A DNA stretch of 64,000 bases from Octopus vulgaris (lineage: Eukaryota), in contig OX597822.1 in the NCBI GenBank assembly GCA_951406725.2, positions 76,756,001-76,820,000 on the forward strand. Direction: 5' to 3'. The first letter of the stretch is position 1, and every line of letters begins with the position of its first letter. This document shows, piece after piece, positions 51,861 to 64,000 of the stretch. Under the pieces are notes generated by a model, which ran no database searches, was not told the origin of the DNA, and worked only from the letters and a program-made list of their open reading frames with translations. The translations under genes were made by a program, and so were the position numbers.

Positions 51861-54800
51861 TCAAATAGAGAAACATGGCTTATATTGTAGCTGTCTTGCT
51901 TCTGAATAGTGTTTGAAACTTGCCCCTATTTTTATAGGGAGTTCATGACTCAAATTAGTATATGTTTTGAATAGAATTTGTTTGGTAGTGGCTAGTCACA
52001 TGACTGGTCTTATAAATTTTTGTAGGTTTCCCACTACATCCATGTGTTAGTATCAAGTGACAATGTTTGGCGTCATAAGTTAAGGCTGACATGGTTGACT
52101 GAACAAGTCCAAACAATCAATGCTCTGAATGTTTCTGTCAAGTGTTTGTAGAGAATGAACACATGATTAAGTTTGTAACCTTTTGTACATTGCCTGCTAC
52201 ATCTGCATGTTACTATCATGTGACAGTATATTTTGCATGTCGGCCCTCTTTTTAGGCATTTTGTCCATCTTTACATTCTGAGTTCAAATTCCGCTGAGGC
52301 CGACTTTGCCCTTCATTCTTTTGGGGACAATAAATTAAGTACCAGTGAAAGACTGGGGTTGATAGAATCGAATTAACCCCTCCAAAAGAAAGGATTATTA
52401 TAAGGTGACAAGCTGGCAGAATCATTAACACACCAATTAAAATGCTTGTTGGCATTTCACCCAATTTTACATTCTGAGTTCAAATTCCACTGAGGTCAAC
52501 TTTACCTTTTAGCCTTGATACATTAAGTACCAGTCAAGTACTGGGGTCAGTAAGATTGACTATCCCCCTTCCTACAAATTTCAGGCCTTCTGCCTATTGT
52601 AATAAAGATTATTATGATAATGATGATGATGATGGTCATGTACAGTGGTGAGCTGGCAGAATCCTTAGCAAGTCATCTGTCAAAATCATGCTTGTCCATG
52701 GGTAAATATGATCTTGCTTGTTAACAAGGGGGGTTGGTGACAGCAAAGGCATCCTGGCTGTAAAATCTCTGTCTCAAGAAACTCCATCTGACCCATACCA
52801 GCATGGAAAAGAGGATGTTAAATAATGATATATGGAGACCTATTGAGTCACATACATCAATATCAAAATAAAGATCAAATGGAAATTGTAGTTGTGATAA
52901 CCGTGCTGGTGGCACATAAAAAATACCATCCGAATGTGGCCAATGCCAGCACCACCTTGACTGGCGTCTGTGCTGGTGGCGCATAAAAAGCACCAACTGA
53001 TTGCAGACATTGCTGGCCCCTGTGCTGGTGGCATGTAAAAAGCACCCACTACACTACAGTGGTTGGCATTAGGAAGGGCATCCAGCTGTAGAAACACTGC
53101 CAGATCAGACTGGAGCCTGGTGCAGCTTCCTTCCCGTCCAACCCATGCTAGCATGGAAAACAGACCTTAAATGATGATGATGATGATGATGATGAGGATT
53201 CATATACATGTCTGTGTTCTGCAGGTGTATATTCTTGCATGCACACCTGTATGTATAAATACATCTTTATACATACATAGATGCAGGCATGGCTGTGCGG
53301 TAAAAAGTTTGCTTCCCAACCACATGGTTCTGGGTTCAGTCCCACAAATGTCTTCTATTATAACTCTTGGCTGTCCAAAGGACTGTGAGAGGATCTGGTA
53401 GGCAGAAACTGAAAGAAGCCTTTCATCATCATCATTTAACATTAGTTTGACTGGAGCTGGTAAAGTGGAGGGTTGCACCAGGCTCCAGTTGTCAGTTTTG
53501 GCAAGGTTTCTACAGCTGGATGCCCTTCCTAATGCCAACCACTCTACAGAGTGTACTGGGTGCCTATTATATGCCACCAGCACAGGTTCCTTTTTTTCAT
53601 GCTTCCTTTGTATATATACAGCAATACCTTCCTTTGCAAGGACCCAGGTTTATGAGTTTTATTTTTCAAGTACAAGGTTCAAATTTTAAATGAAGTGCAG
53701 AAGCTTCTACTACCATAACAAATGCTTCTGTGTGTTACCAAGAAATTTATGGAGCAAAAGAAAGCTTCTTCTAAGCAAATAATTCTAGACTTGTTTTTTT
53801 AAAAGGAAATCTATAAGTCCGTCTTCGAGTGCTTGTGAATTGGCGATTGAGTCTACAAGTGGTGATATGCACAAGTCTAATGCGAGTGAACGTGATTCAG
53901 AAAACGATTATCTTAATGATATTTTTTACTATAAATGATCTTGACATTCTTTTTACTTTACATAAACTATTCTTTACATTTCACTGTTGTTTTATTGCAA
54001 TTTATTTACATGTATTATAAATTTTATGGGTAAAATATCTTTTTGAGAACGAATTACGATTTATAATATTGCTACTATGGGAAAAGATTGCTCTGCTTTA
54101 TGAGTTTTCACTTCATGAGAGGTCTCCAGGGACAAATTAACTCGTATATCGAGACATTACTGTATGTCTGTGTGTGTGTGTGTATGCGTTTTGTGTCTAT
54201 GTTTAAATATGTTTAAAATAATAATAATAATGAAATTATTGTGGACAGGGCTCAGGTGCACTACAACGTATCAAAGATGTATGTGTGCAGCACATAGAAT
54301 TGTGTACAAAAGTCAGGAAAGTGTACAGTGTATGAGTCAACCGGTGTTGGTGTGGTTACACCCCTGTAATTTAGCAGTTCAGCAAAAGCAACTTATAGAA
54401 TGAGAACCATGCTTTAAAAAAAGCCCTGGGGTCAATTCATTCAACTAAAACTCCTTGAGGCAGTGCTCCAGCATGACCACAATCTAATAACTGAAACAAG
54501 TAAAGAATACATAATAAAAGATAAAAAAAACAGTTAACCTGATATATAATTATACTACAAGATTATATATCCATGTAATTAAATCCAGTTTGCACATCAT
54601 TCAAGATGAATATTTTGTCATAACCATGCACTTATATTCGTGTGTATACATCTAATTCCAAATTCGAGTTCTACATCCATGTGTGGTTGTGTGTTTTCTC
54701 CTAAGCAGGTTACATATCCATAGGCTTTCATAATTGAGGCTAAATATTTGCTTACTTAAAACTACTGACTGTATAAGCTCTTTGTCAATCAAACCTGTTT

Positions 54801-54993
54801 CGGATAAGACTGTTTGCTAAAAAGGTTATTGAGCCCAGAGCAAAGAAGGGCAGATTGCGTTAAGATGCGAGTTACATGGCTTGCAATTGATATAAAGCAT
54901 CTCAGCATTGCTCTATTTTATTTATTGATTATTCGAGGCAAACCTTGCTATGAAAATATCATACAAAAGAGTCTTGATTCTGTGTGTGTGTGC

Positions 54994-55024
<31 letters not shown>

Positions 55025-55089
55025 TACATACATACATGTGTGTGTGTATGTATATGTATATGTGGGTCTGTATGTATATGTATGTATAT

Positions 55090-56022
55090 ATGGACAAAAT
55101 AATGGAAACACCTTAAAATTTCAAACAAGTTTATTTTAATATGGGATAGGACTGCATTTGGCAGTAATTACAGCTTGAATTCTATAAAGTAAGGAACTCC
55201 TACAAAGTTTGAATTGTTTCCAAAGGAATTTTTGTCCATTCTTCAGCTAAAACAGTCTCCAGTTCTTGACGTGATGATGGTGGAGGATATCGACTCCTTA
55301 CTTATTTTTATAACATGCACCATAAATGATCAATAATATTGAGATCTGGGGACTGTGGTGGCCAGATAAGATGTTCAACTTCACTATAATGTTACACGTG
55401 CCATTCAGTAACAACTTTAGCTGTGTGACTTGGTGCATTATCATCCTGAAAGATTGCGTTTCTCTCTGGAAACAGTTCCGCAAACATAGGATGAATTTGA
55501 TCACATAAAATGCTTAAATAGTCTTGACTATTAATTCTGCCATGAAGGGAAACCATTAGGCTGGCAGATTTCCAAGATATAGCCCCCAGATCATCACAAA
55601 TCTGCCTCCATGTTCAACAGTTGGAAGAAGGTCGTCTGGGTCAAATGCTTCTTTTGGGTGTCGCCACACACATACTCGGCCACTGGTTGGAAATAAGGTA
55701 AAGGATGACTCATCTGAGAAAATAACATTCTTCCACTGCTCTAGAGACCAATTCTGTAGGTTTTTACTTCACTTAAAATGCTTTGCAACATTTGTTTTTG
55801 AAAATAGTGGTTTCTGATTGCAGCCCTCCCGTGAAATCTGGCTTTGTGCAACTTCCAGCAAACAGGTTTTGTGGAAACTAGATTCTTGAGGTGGTCATTA
55901 AGCTCTGCAGTAATTTTGGGAGTTGTACTTTTGTGATCCTTTCTAACAATTCATGTAAGAGTCTGATGGTCCCTATCTGAAAGTTTTGGTTTTCTTCCAG
56001 AGTTTTATTTCGACAAGGAGGT
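55090..56022 (-). mobile_element. Tc1-family transposon remnant (transposase pseudogene + 3' TIR-like end)
   Basis: Minus strand SGRKPKLSDRD, WKNVIFSDES, VWR, HGG..VMIWG, IFQDDNAPSH, WPPQSPDLNIIDHLW. Ends GGTGTTTCCATTATTTTGTCC. Confidence 0.9.
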
Positions 56023-58330
56023 TTAAATACATAGAGCACTCAATAAAAATTCAGTATATAATATTCTCATTGAATATATTTAACTAAAGATTTATATGTA
56101 CTTCCCTGTAACTTGGGTGTTAGCATCCTGACCTCTCCTGGTCATATTTATGTCGTTTTTCTCCCCTCTCACTCTCTTCTCCATCTGAGGTAGCTGTGTT
56201 TCTCTTACAACACAAGACACCATTCTTTTGTCCCTCTGTATTACTTCCCCCCACCACCGCCAGTTGAGCGGAGGGGTCTTATCCTGCAAGTTACCTGGTG
56301 GCCTTACTGCTGTTGGTGTCCTGATAAAAGCACCCAGTACACTCTATAAAGTGGTTAGCATTAGGAAAGGCAGCATCCAGCCTTGGAAACCATACCAAAG
56401 TAAACAACTGAAACCTGGTGCAGCTCTCTGGCTTTCTGGTTCCTGTCAAACCATCCAACCCAAGCCATAATGGAAAACAGATATTAAATGATGATGGTGA
56501 TGATGGTGATGATGGCAATGATGAGGATATACGTGTATATATTCATATGTATATTTATATATACATGTATATATATATACATGTATATAAGCATATACAT
56601 ATATATATATATATATATATACATGCACATATACAGGCATATATATAGATATTCATATATAGTATATACAAAAGATATATGTGTATATAAATGTATATAT
56701 GCATATATGTACACACACACACACACACATATATATACATGCATACACATATATATATATATATGTACACACACACACACATATATATATACATACATGC
56801 ATACATATACACACACACACACAACACACACACACATACATATATATATGCACACACGCACACACACATATATATGTATACATATATACATGCATACATA
56901 TATTATATATATATATTTATTTTCATATTATTGATATTCTTTCATTTGTTCCTCATCACTTTGACCGATGAATATTTTTATCCGTGCGCTGGCCTTTTGA
57001 ATCATCCCATTACAAGAGGTTGCCCAGTAACAAATTTAGCAAGTGACAGCTGGTCCTTAGAGTTTTCCATGCATTATTGCTTTTTCTCTGATTCTATTTC
57101 CCTGTTCTATTTATCTATTTTTATTTATTTAATTTCGTTCTATTCCCTTTATTTTCTTGTATTTGTTTTAATCATTTCCTTTCACTTCAAATTGTTTCCA
57201 AATTGAAAAATTTTTTCTTCAATCCCATCAGAAGCGTTTCTGTCTTCCAGAGTAAACTCTTTAACCTGGATACAACCGACAATGAAGCTTTCTTTCTTCA
57301 TTACTAAATCGACTCCCTTGCCACACCACCAAGCCCCATTGCAACATCAATAACAATAACAACAATCACTAGAAAAGAATTATTTTATGTATTTGGTCTA
57401 CTCTGTGTTTGAACTGCACAATTTGCTGATGACTAAAACTGAAATTCTTTCCATTGTTGTTTCCAGTCGTGGATTATCAAAAACATGTGCGATTGTCGAC
57501 AGACTCATACACGTTATTTCATTTGCTGTTTCCATTTTCGTTTTCTATTCTTTTTTTATTTTATTTCCTTTCCACTTTTGCATGTATTTTTACACCTTTT
57601 TGTTCTATATCACCAAGAAAAGTGGTTGACAGAATAATCTATGGAGGTAATTGCTAATATTCCACTGTCAGTATTTCATTCTGTCACTCGGCAAATCATT
57701 TAATGTCACGTATTGCTGCCTCAGTTCACCCTGTTGAGAATTAGACACTCAGTGCCTTCTGTGGAATATTATGCATGATATATATCGACAAACCGCCTGT
57801 GCACTGATTCATCTTACATCTGCTCAGTGCTTCTGTGTATAAAGCTAAACCTTGTTTTCCTGTACCGTTTTTATGAGGCCGTAAAATCCCCAGAAGGATT
57901 CTGTATCATTTCCTTTGTTTAAAATCTCAATAACAAACAGCTGATGCCTTCTTCAAATATTGCAGAAAATCAAAAATGATTCCTTGATTCTCACACAGGA
58001 GAGTCAAAAAGATCATGACTGCTGTTGTGGGACATTTATGTATATCTGAAGCAAGTGGGACACCATAATTCTTAGTGTAATTGCTACAAGAGTTTAACAC
58101 AGTGCTGTAAACCAACATTCTTTTATTCTTTCACTTGTTTCAGCCATTTGACTGTGACCACGCTGGAGCACTGCTTTTAGTTGAGCAAATCGACCCCAGG
58201 ACATATTCTTCGTAAGCCTAATGCTTATTCTATCGGTTTCTTTTGCCAGACTGCTAAGTTACAGGGACATAAACACACCAGCATCAGTTGTCAAGTGATG
58301 GTGGTGGGGGACTAAAGCAGACACACAAAC

Positions 58331-58371
<41 letters not shown>

Positions 58372-61300
58372 CGACAAGCTTTTTTTAATTTCTATCTACC
58401 AAATCCACTCACAAGGCTTTGGTCAGACCCAAGGTTCACTTGCCCAAGGTGCCATGCAGTGAGACTGAACCCGGAACCATGTGGTTGATAAGCAAGCTAC
58501 TTACCATATAGCCACTCCTGTGCCCAGCCATACTAAAGCACCACCTTCAGTCAAAGAAATTGACCCCAGGACTTATTCTTTGTAAGCCTAGTACTTATTC
58601 CATCGGCCTCTTTTGTCGAACCACTAAGTTACGGGGACATAAACACACCAACATCGGTTGACAAGCGATGGTGGGGGGACAAACACAGACACCCAAACAA
58701 ATACACACACACACACACACACACACGCAGTGGGACTGAACCCCCATGTGGTTGGTAAGCATACTACTTACCACACAGCTGCTATGACTATAATAATCAG
58801 CCAATGTTCCAATCATGTTGCTGTGTATTGTGTGGAATTCTTCTTTTTCTTCTGATATAGCAAGGTTGACTGGAATTAGTCTGCTAAACGTATTAGTATT
58901 TACTGATATATCTTTGTAGTACGATTGGCAGGAAACAAACCATTCTCATTTGATAGTTCTCCAATATTTTATCAATATGGCCTTCTGCGATTCCTCTCCA
59001 AATATATCATCCAGCACAAAATTAGACTCGTGTCTCAAAGAGGAAATTTTCTCAAAGGACATCTTATTTGATTTGTATGTTGTGTGTGTGAATGTGTGCT
59101 TGCACGTGTGTGTATGTGTGCAAACGTGTGTGTGTGTATGAGAGAGAGAAAGAGAGACAAATATGTGTGTGTGTGTGCACGCACATGCATGTGTGCAAAT
59201 AGATGTGTTTGTAGGTAAGAGAGTTTCTTTCCCAATTCTCTTTGCTCAGCACAATCTTCAGCCTGTCCTTGATTTCTTTGATTATAATAATCATTGTCTG
59301 ATCCTTCATCAAATTCATTGAATAAATATTATTGCTTTACTTTATAAATGTCTTCTAATCAGCCATTCTTTAATGAATGTCTGCCCTGCTCACCATCAGC
59401 AAAGAGAAAAAAAATCATTTACTTTTATGATACATATATAATGCAGGATTGCTTTCCACCTTGCTAGCTCTGGTCAAACTGTCCAACCCATGCCAGCAGG
59501 AAAAAAAGATGTTAAATGATAATGATAATAATATGCATCTAATCTAATAGTGATCTGCCCTTGGACAGGTCCTGTGTGTGTGGACCTTCTCCAGCACTCT
59601 CTGTAAGACCTGGAAAGGCCCGTACACTCCCCTACCAACCTGATGGAGATCACTGGAAATTCGGCTACCAAGAATAGATTTGGAATGAATGTTAGAGGGA
59701 TTTCCCATTTCCTTCTCCAGGCAGGTGGGATTTGAACTCAGAATGTAGAGGACTGGAAGATATATGATAAAGCATTTCTGTTAATGCACTCACGATTCTG
59801 CCACTGTCCAATCTGCAGAACAACATAAAAGGAAGTGTTTCGCTCAAGAACATAATGTGCCACCTGGTCTGGGAATTAAAGCCATGGTTTAGTGATTGTG
59901 AGTGCAACGCACTAACCAACAGGCCATATGTCCATGTGTGCATATACATCTATACACACACACATTTACTTTATGAGCTGATATGATATGGTTGCCTGAT
60001 TTCTTAGAAATATCAGCTAAATTTCTTTCAAAAGCAGAAGGACATACTGAATAATGTAATCTAAGTAAAAGAAAAGACTGGATGATCACAGCTGGAATGT
60101 CTATGATCTTAGGCCTGTTCATTCAGAGATGTATAATCTGCACCCATCCATATTTTAAATAGAATCTTATTTCCTAACACCAAGTCTAATAAACCACCAT
60201 ACTAATTAATATAGCAGCGATCTTGAAATAGTTCTTCGGTTTGCGTGATATATGAGTAAAACCATTTGCTTTGCTCTCTATTACAGACGTCTCAGTTTTC
60301 TGGAAAATAGTCAAGACAAAGATGCTGAAAGTCTTGTTTCGTACTCATCCAAATCAAAATCAATCAATCGTATTTTCACCAGCATTTATATTTTCAACAA
60401 ACTTTCAAATAATAAATTCCAACTCTTGCCAGGATTCTTATTTCTAACTCAAACACAAAATTATCTAAAACTTGCCATTCTCCACCTATCTTTTTCCTTT
60501 AGTTTTTTTTAAAATTCATCATCATCGTCGTTTAACGTTCACTTTCCATGCTGGCATGGGTTGGACGGTTTGACTGAAAACTGGTAAGCCAGAGAGCTAC
60601 GCCAGGTCCCAATCTGATTTGGCAAAGTTTCTATGGCTGAATGCCCTTCCTAATGCCAACCACTCCGAGAGTGTAGTGATTGTCTTTTTACATGCCACCG
60701 GCATATGTTTTTTTTTTTTTTGGGTTTTGTTTGTTTCAGTCACCGGACCGCGACCGATGCATAATTTCGAGTTTGGTACTCATACTTATTCCATCAATAT
60801 CTCTTTTCCTAACTGCTAAGTCACTGGGACATAAAGGAACCAACACCAGTTGTCAAGTCCTGGGGTGGGGTGGGGGGAAAACAAAGACACACACACATAT
60901 ACAACAAGCTTCTGCACAGTTTTCATCTACCAAATTTACTCGCAAGACATTGGTTAAGCCAAAGCTATAGTAGAAGACACTTGTCCAAGGTACCTTGTAA
61001 TGAAACCGAACCCTAGGTCAAGCAGTTGCCACACAAGCTTCTTAACCCCCACAGCCATGCCTACACTTATACATGTTATCCAATGAAATTCCAGATCTTA
61101 ATTTTATATATCTTTCACTAATAAATCTCAGAGAAAAGTCTCAGAACATCCTATTAAGAGCTTTCGTGTTTATAAATCTTAATTTTACATGGAATCTATG
61201 GAATTGATCTGCAAGATCAATTACAATCACATTCTTAATTCTGGCATTTATAAATTCTACTAAAACTCATTTCTATGAACACATTTTCATTCTATTCCAT

Positions 61301-61802
61301 TTTATTTTATTTTTATTTTATTTTATTTTATTTTATTTTTGTCATTGTCTAAACTATTCCATGTTAGGCCTGCTGTCTAGCATAGAGCAGAAGCAACCTG
61401 GAAATTATGTGTAAGTGCCATGGTGTCCAAATAATGGTGTGCAATTATCACAAACCAACAAATTATGCTGATGATAATTTACCATTTTTAACAGGAATTT
61501 CATGTCTTCATTTGTTTTGGATAATTACAGAGAAAATCTTACACATACCTACAAACCTACCTATACATATATTACGATATATATATATATTCTTTTACTC
61601 TTTCACTTGTTTCAGTCATTTGATTGCGGCCGTGTAGGAGCACCACCTTTTAGTTGAGCAAATCGATGCCAGGACTTATTCTTTGTAAGCCTTGAACTTA
61701 TTCTATCGGTCTCTTTGCCGAACTGCTAAGTTACTGGGATATAAATGCACCAGCATTGGTTGTCAAGTGATATTGGGGGGACAAACATATACATACATAC
61801 AT

Positions 61803-61861
<59 letters not shown>

Positions 61862-62911
61862 TACACGATGGGCTTCTTTCATTTTCCATCTACCAAATCC
61901 ACTCACAAGGCTTTGGTCAGCCCAATGCTATAATAGAAGACACTTGCTCAAGGTGCTACGCCGTGGGACTGAAACCAGAACCATGTGGTTTGGAAGCAAG
62001 CTACTTACCACATAGCTACTCCTGCATTATATATGTATCATCAGCATCATCATCATCATTTAATGTCAATTTTTCATGCTGGCATGGATTTGATGGTTTG
62101 AGAGGAATTGGCTAGCTGGTGAGATGCCCAGAGTCCATGTCTGTTTTGGCATGGTTTCTACAGGTGGGTGTCCTTCCTAATGCCAACACCTTTACAGAGT
62201 ATACTGGGTGCTTTCACACAGCATTGGTGCAGGAGCTTTGACATGGCAGTAGTACGGGTTTTTTCACATGTCACCAGTACCCACAAGCCAACAAGGTTAG
62301 GAATACTCAGCAAAAGAGGGACGTTGGTGACATGTCTGTATGCAAGGACAAACATGCTTTTGATTAACCTGACATGTCTTCTCAAGCACATATATGTGGG
62401 TGTGTGCCAGTGCCACATAAAAACAACCTGTGCCAGTGCCACATAAAAACTACCTATGCTGGTGCCACATAACAAAATGCCTAACAAGGGTTGGACAGTT
62501 TGACCAGAGCTGGCCAGTCAGAAGATTGTGCAAAGCTCTAATATCTACTTTGGCACGATTTCTTTGACTAGATATCCTTCTTAATGCCAACCGGTTTACC
62601 AAATCTTCCAGGTGATTTTATGTGGCACCAACAGTAGTGGAGCCACCAAATAACTTACAAGACATGATCTTTGAACTGAGACGGGGACAGTAGTGTTGAA
62701 TGAGGTGGCTTTGTGCCAGGTGATGAGAGGCTAGACTACGAGTAGAGGGACAAAAATAAGTTGTCTTGAAATAAAGGTGACACGTTATTATCTGAGGAGC
62801 AGAGAGAGACAGGAGACAGAGGGGAGAGAAGATGGGGAAGATGTGATGGGACAGGGGTCACTCAAGTTACAGGGAGATGCATATAAGTAAAATATATAAA
62901 CATATACATAT

Positions 62912-62983
<72 letters not shown>

Positions 62984-63221
62984 ATACATGTGTGTGTGTA
63001 TATATATATATATATACATACATATATGTATAGATATATGTATATATGTATGTGCGTGTATGTATATGTGTGTATATATATGTATATATGTGTGTGTGTA
63101 TATATATATATATCCATGTATATATATATTTATATATATACGGGTGCATGGGTGCCAGTCAGGTATTGGCCACGCACGACTGATGCTTTTTTATGTGCAT
63201 GTGTGTATGCGTGTGTGTGTG

Positions 63222-63267
<46 letters not shown>

Positions 63268-63691
63268 CAGACAGAGAGAGAGAATGTTCATATGGTCCGC
63301 TATACAAATTTCACTGATTTTTTCACATCAATTTGGAGAATCAATAAACAATTTTCAATCATCTCCTTTTTGTGGAATTCTATTCTATTCGATTCGGCCT
63401 TTAATATCTTCACAATAAATATATGTGTGTTTCTGTTTCCTTTGCTAAAGAATTCCATTAACTCTTTTCTCTCCATAATGGCACAAAGCAAATATTATTT
63501 CTTTTACAAAAAGATATTTTCCCCTTCAACTTTGATCCCAAAGACATATATTATCAAAAGAAAACAACAGCAAAAACAATATATATATACATGTGTGTGA
63601 GTGTATATATGTATATATACATTTACATATATCTATCTATATGTGTATATGTATATATAGATAATATATATATATATATATACATATATGA

Positions 63692-63743
<52 letters not shown>

Positions 63744-63768
63744 GATATATATATGTATATGAGTGTGT

Positions 63769-63811
<43 letters not shown>

Positions 63812-64000
63812 GATATATATATGTATATGAGTGTGTTTGAATATATATATATATATATATATATTTGTATTTATATATACATATATATATGTATATATAT
63901 GTGTGTTAGTATGTATAAATATATATATGCGTGTGTGTGTATTCACAGACATATTTGAAAGTAAAATATTTAAGAAAAGAAATATTATGACAATTCAAAG

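Noticed and set aside
392-63958. Hundreds of low-complexity ORFs (poly-M/I/S, YI, CV, HT, PSIH) in the ORF track
   Set aside because: They are translations of microsatellites and SINEs, with no splice or domain support.

Overview
This is AT-rich eukaryotic DNA, saturated with microsatellites and SINEs, with a repeat profile typical of an Octopus (coleoid cephalopod) genome; the taxon is inferred from repeat style only. The one host coding sequence I can support is a 202-bp + strand exon (3712-3913) encoding part of a laminin G domain most like pikachurin/EGFLAM. I found no other exon, so the rest is probably a very large intron. That region holds a near full-length, disabled CR1-group LINE ORF (APE+RT), three Dong/R4 remnants inside (TAA)n tracts, Tx1/L1 and Penelope remnants, Tc1 and mariner fossils, non-autonomous Helitrons and many tRNA-derived SINEs. 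The most striking unexplained signal is a set of at least 7 sequence-unrelated small elements carrying minimal type I hammerhead ribozyme (HHR) motifs. Several are long fold-back palindromes centred at the ribozyme 5' edge, and one family is joined to a tRNA-derived Pol III head. Almost all ORFs in the supplied track are microsatellite or SINE artefacts. All folds and translations were done by eye, with no searches run.
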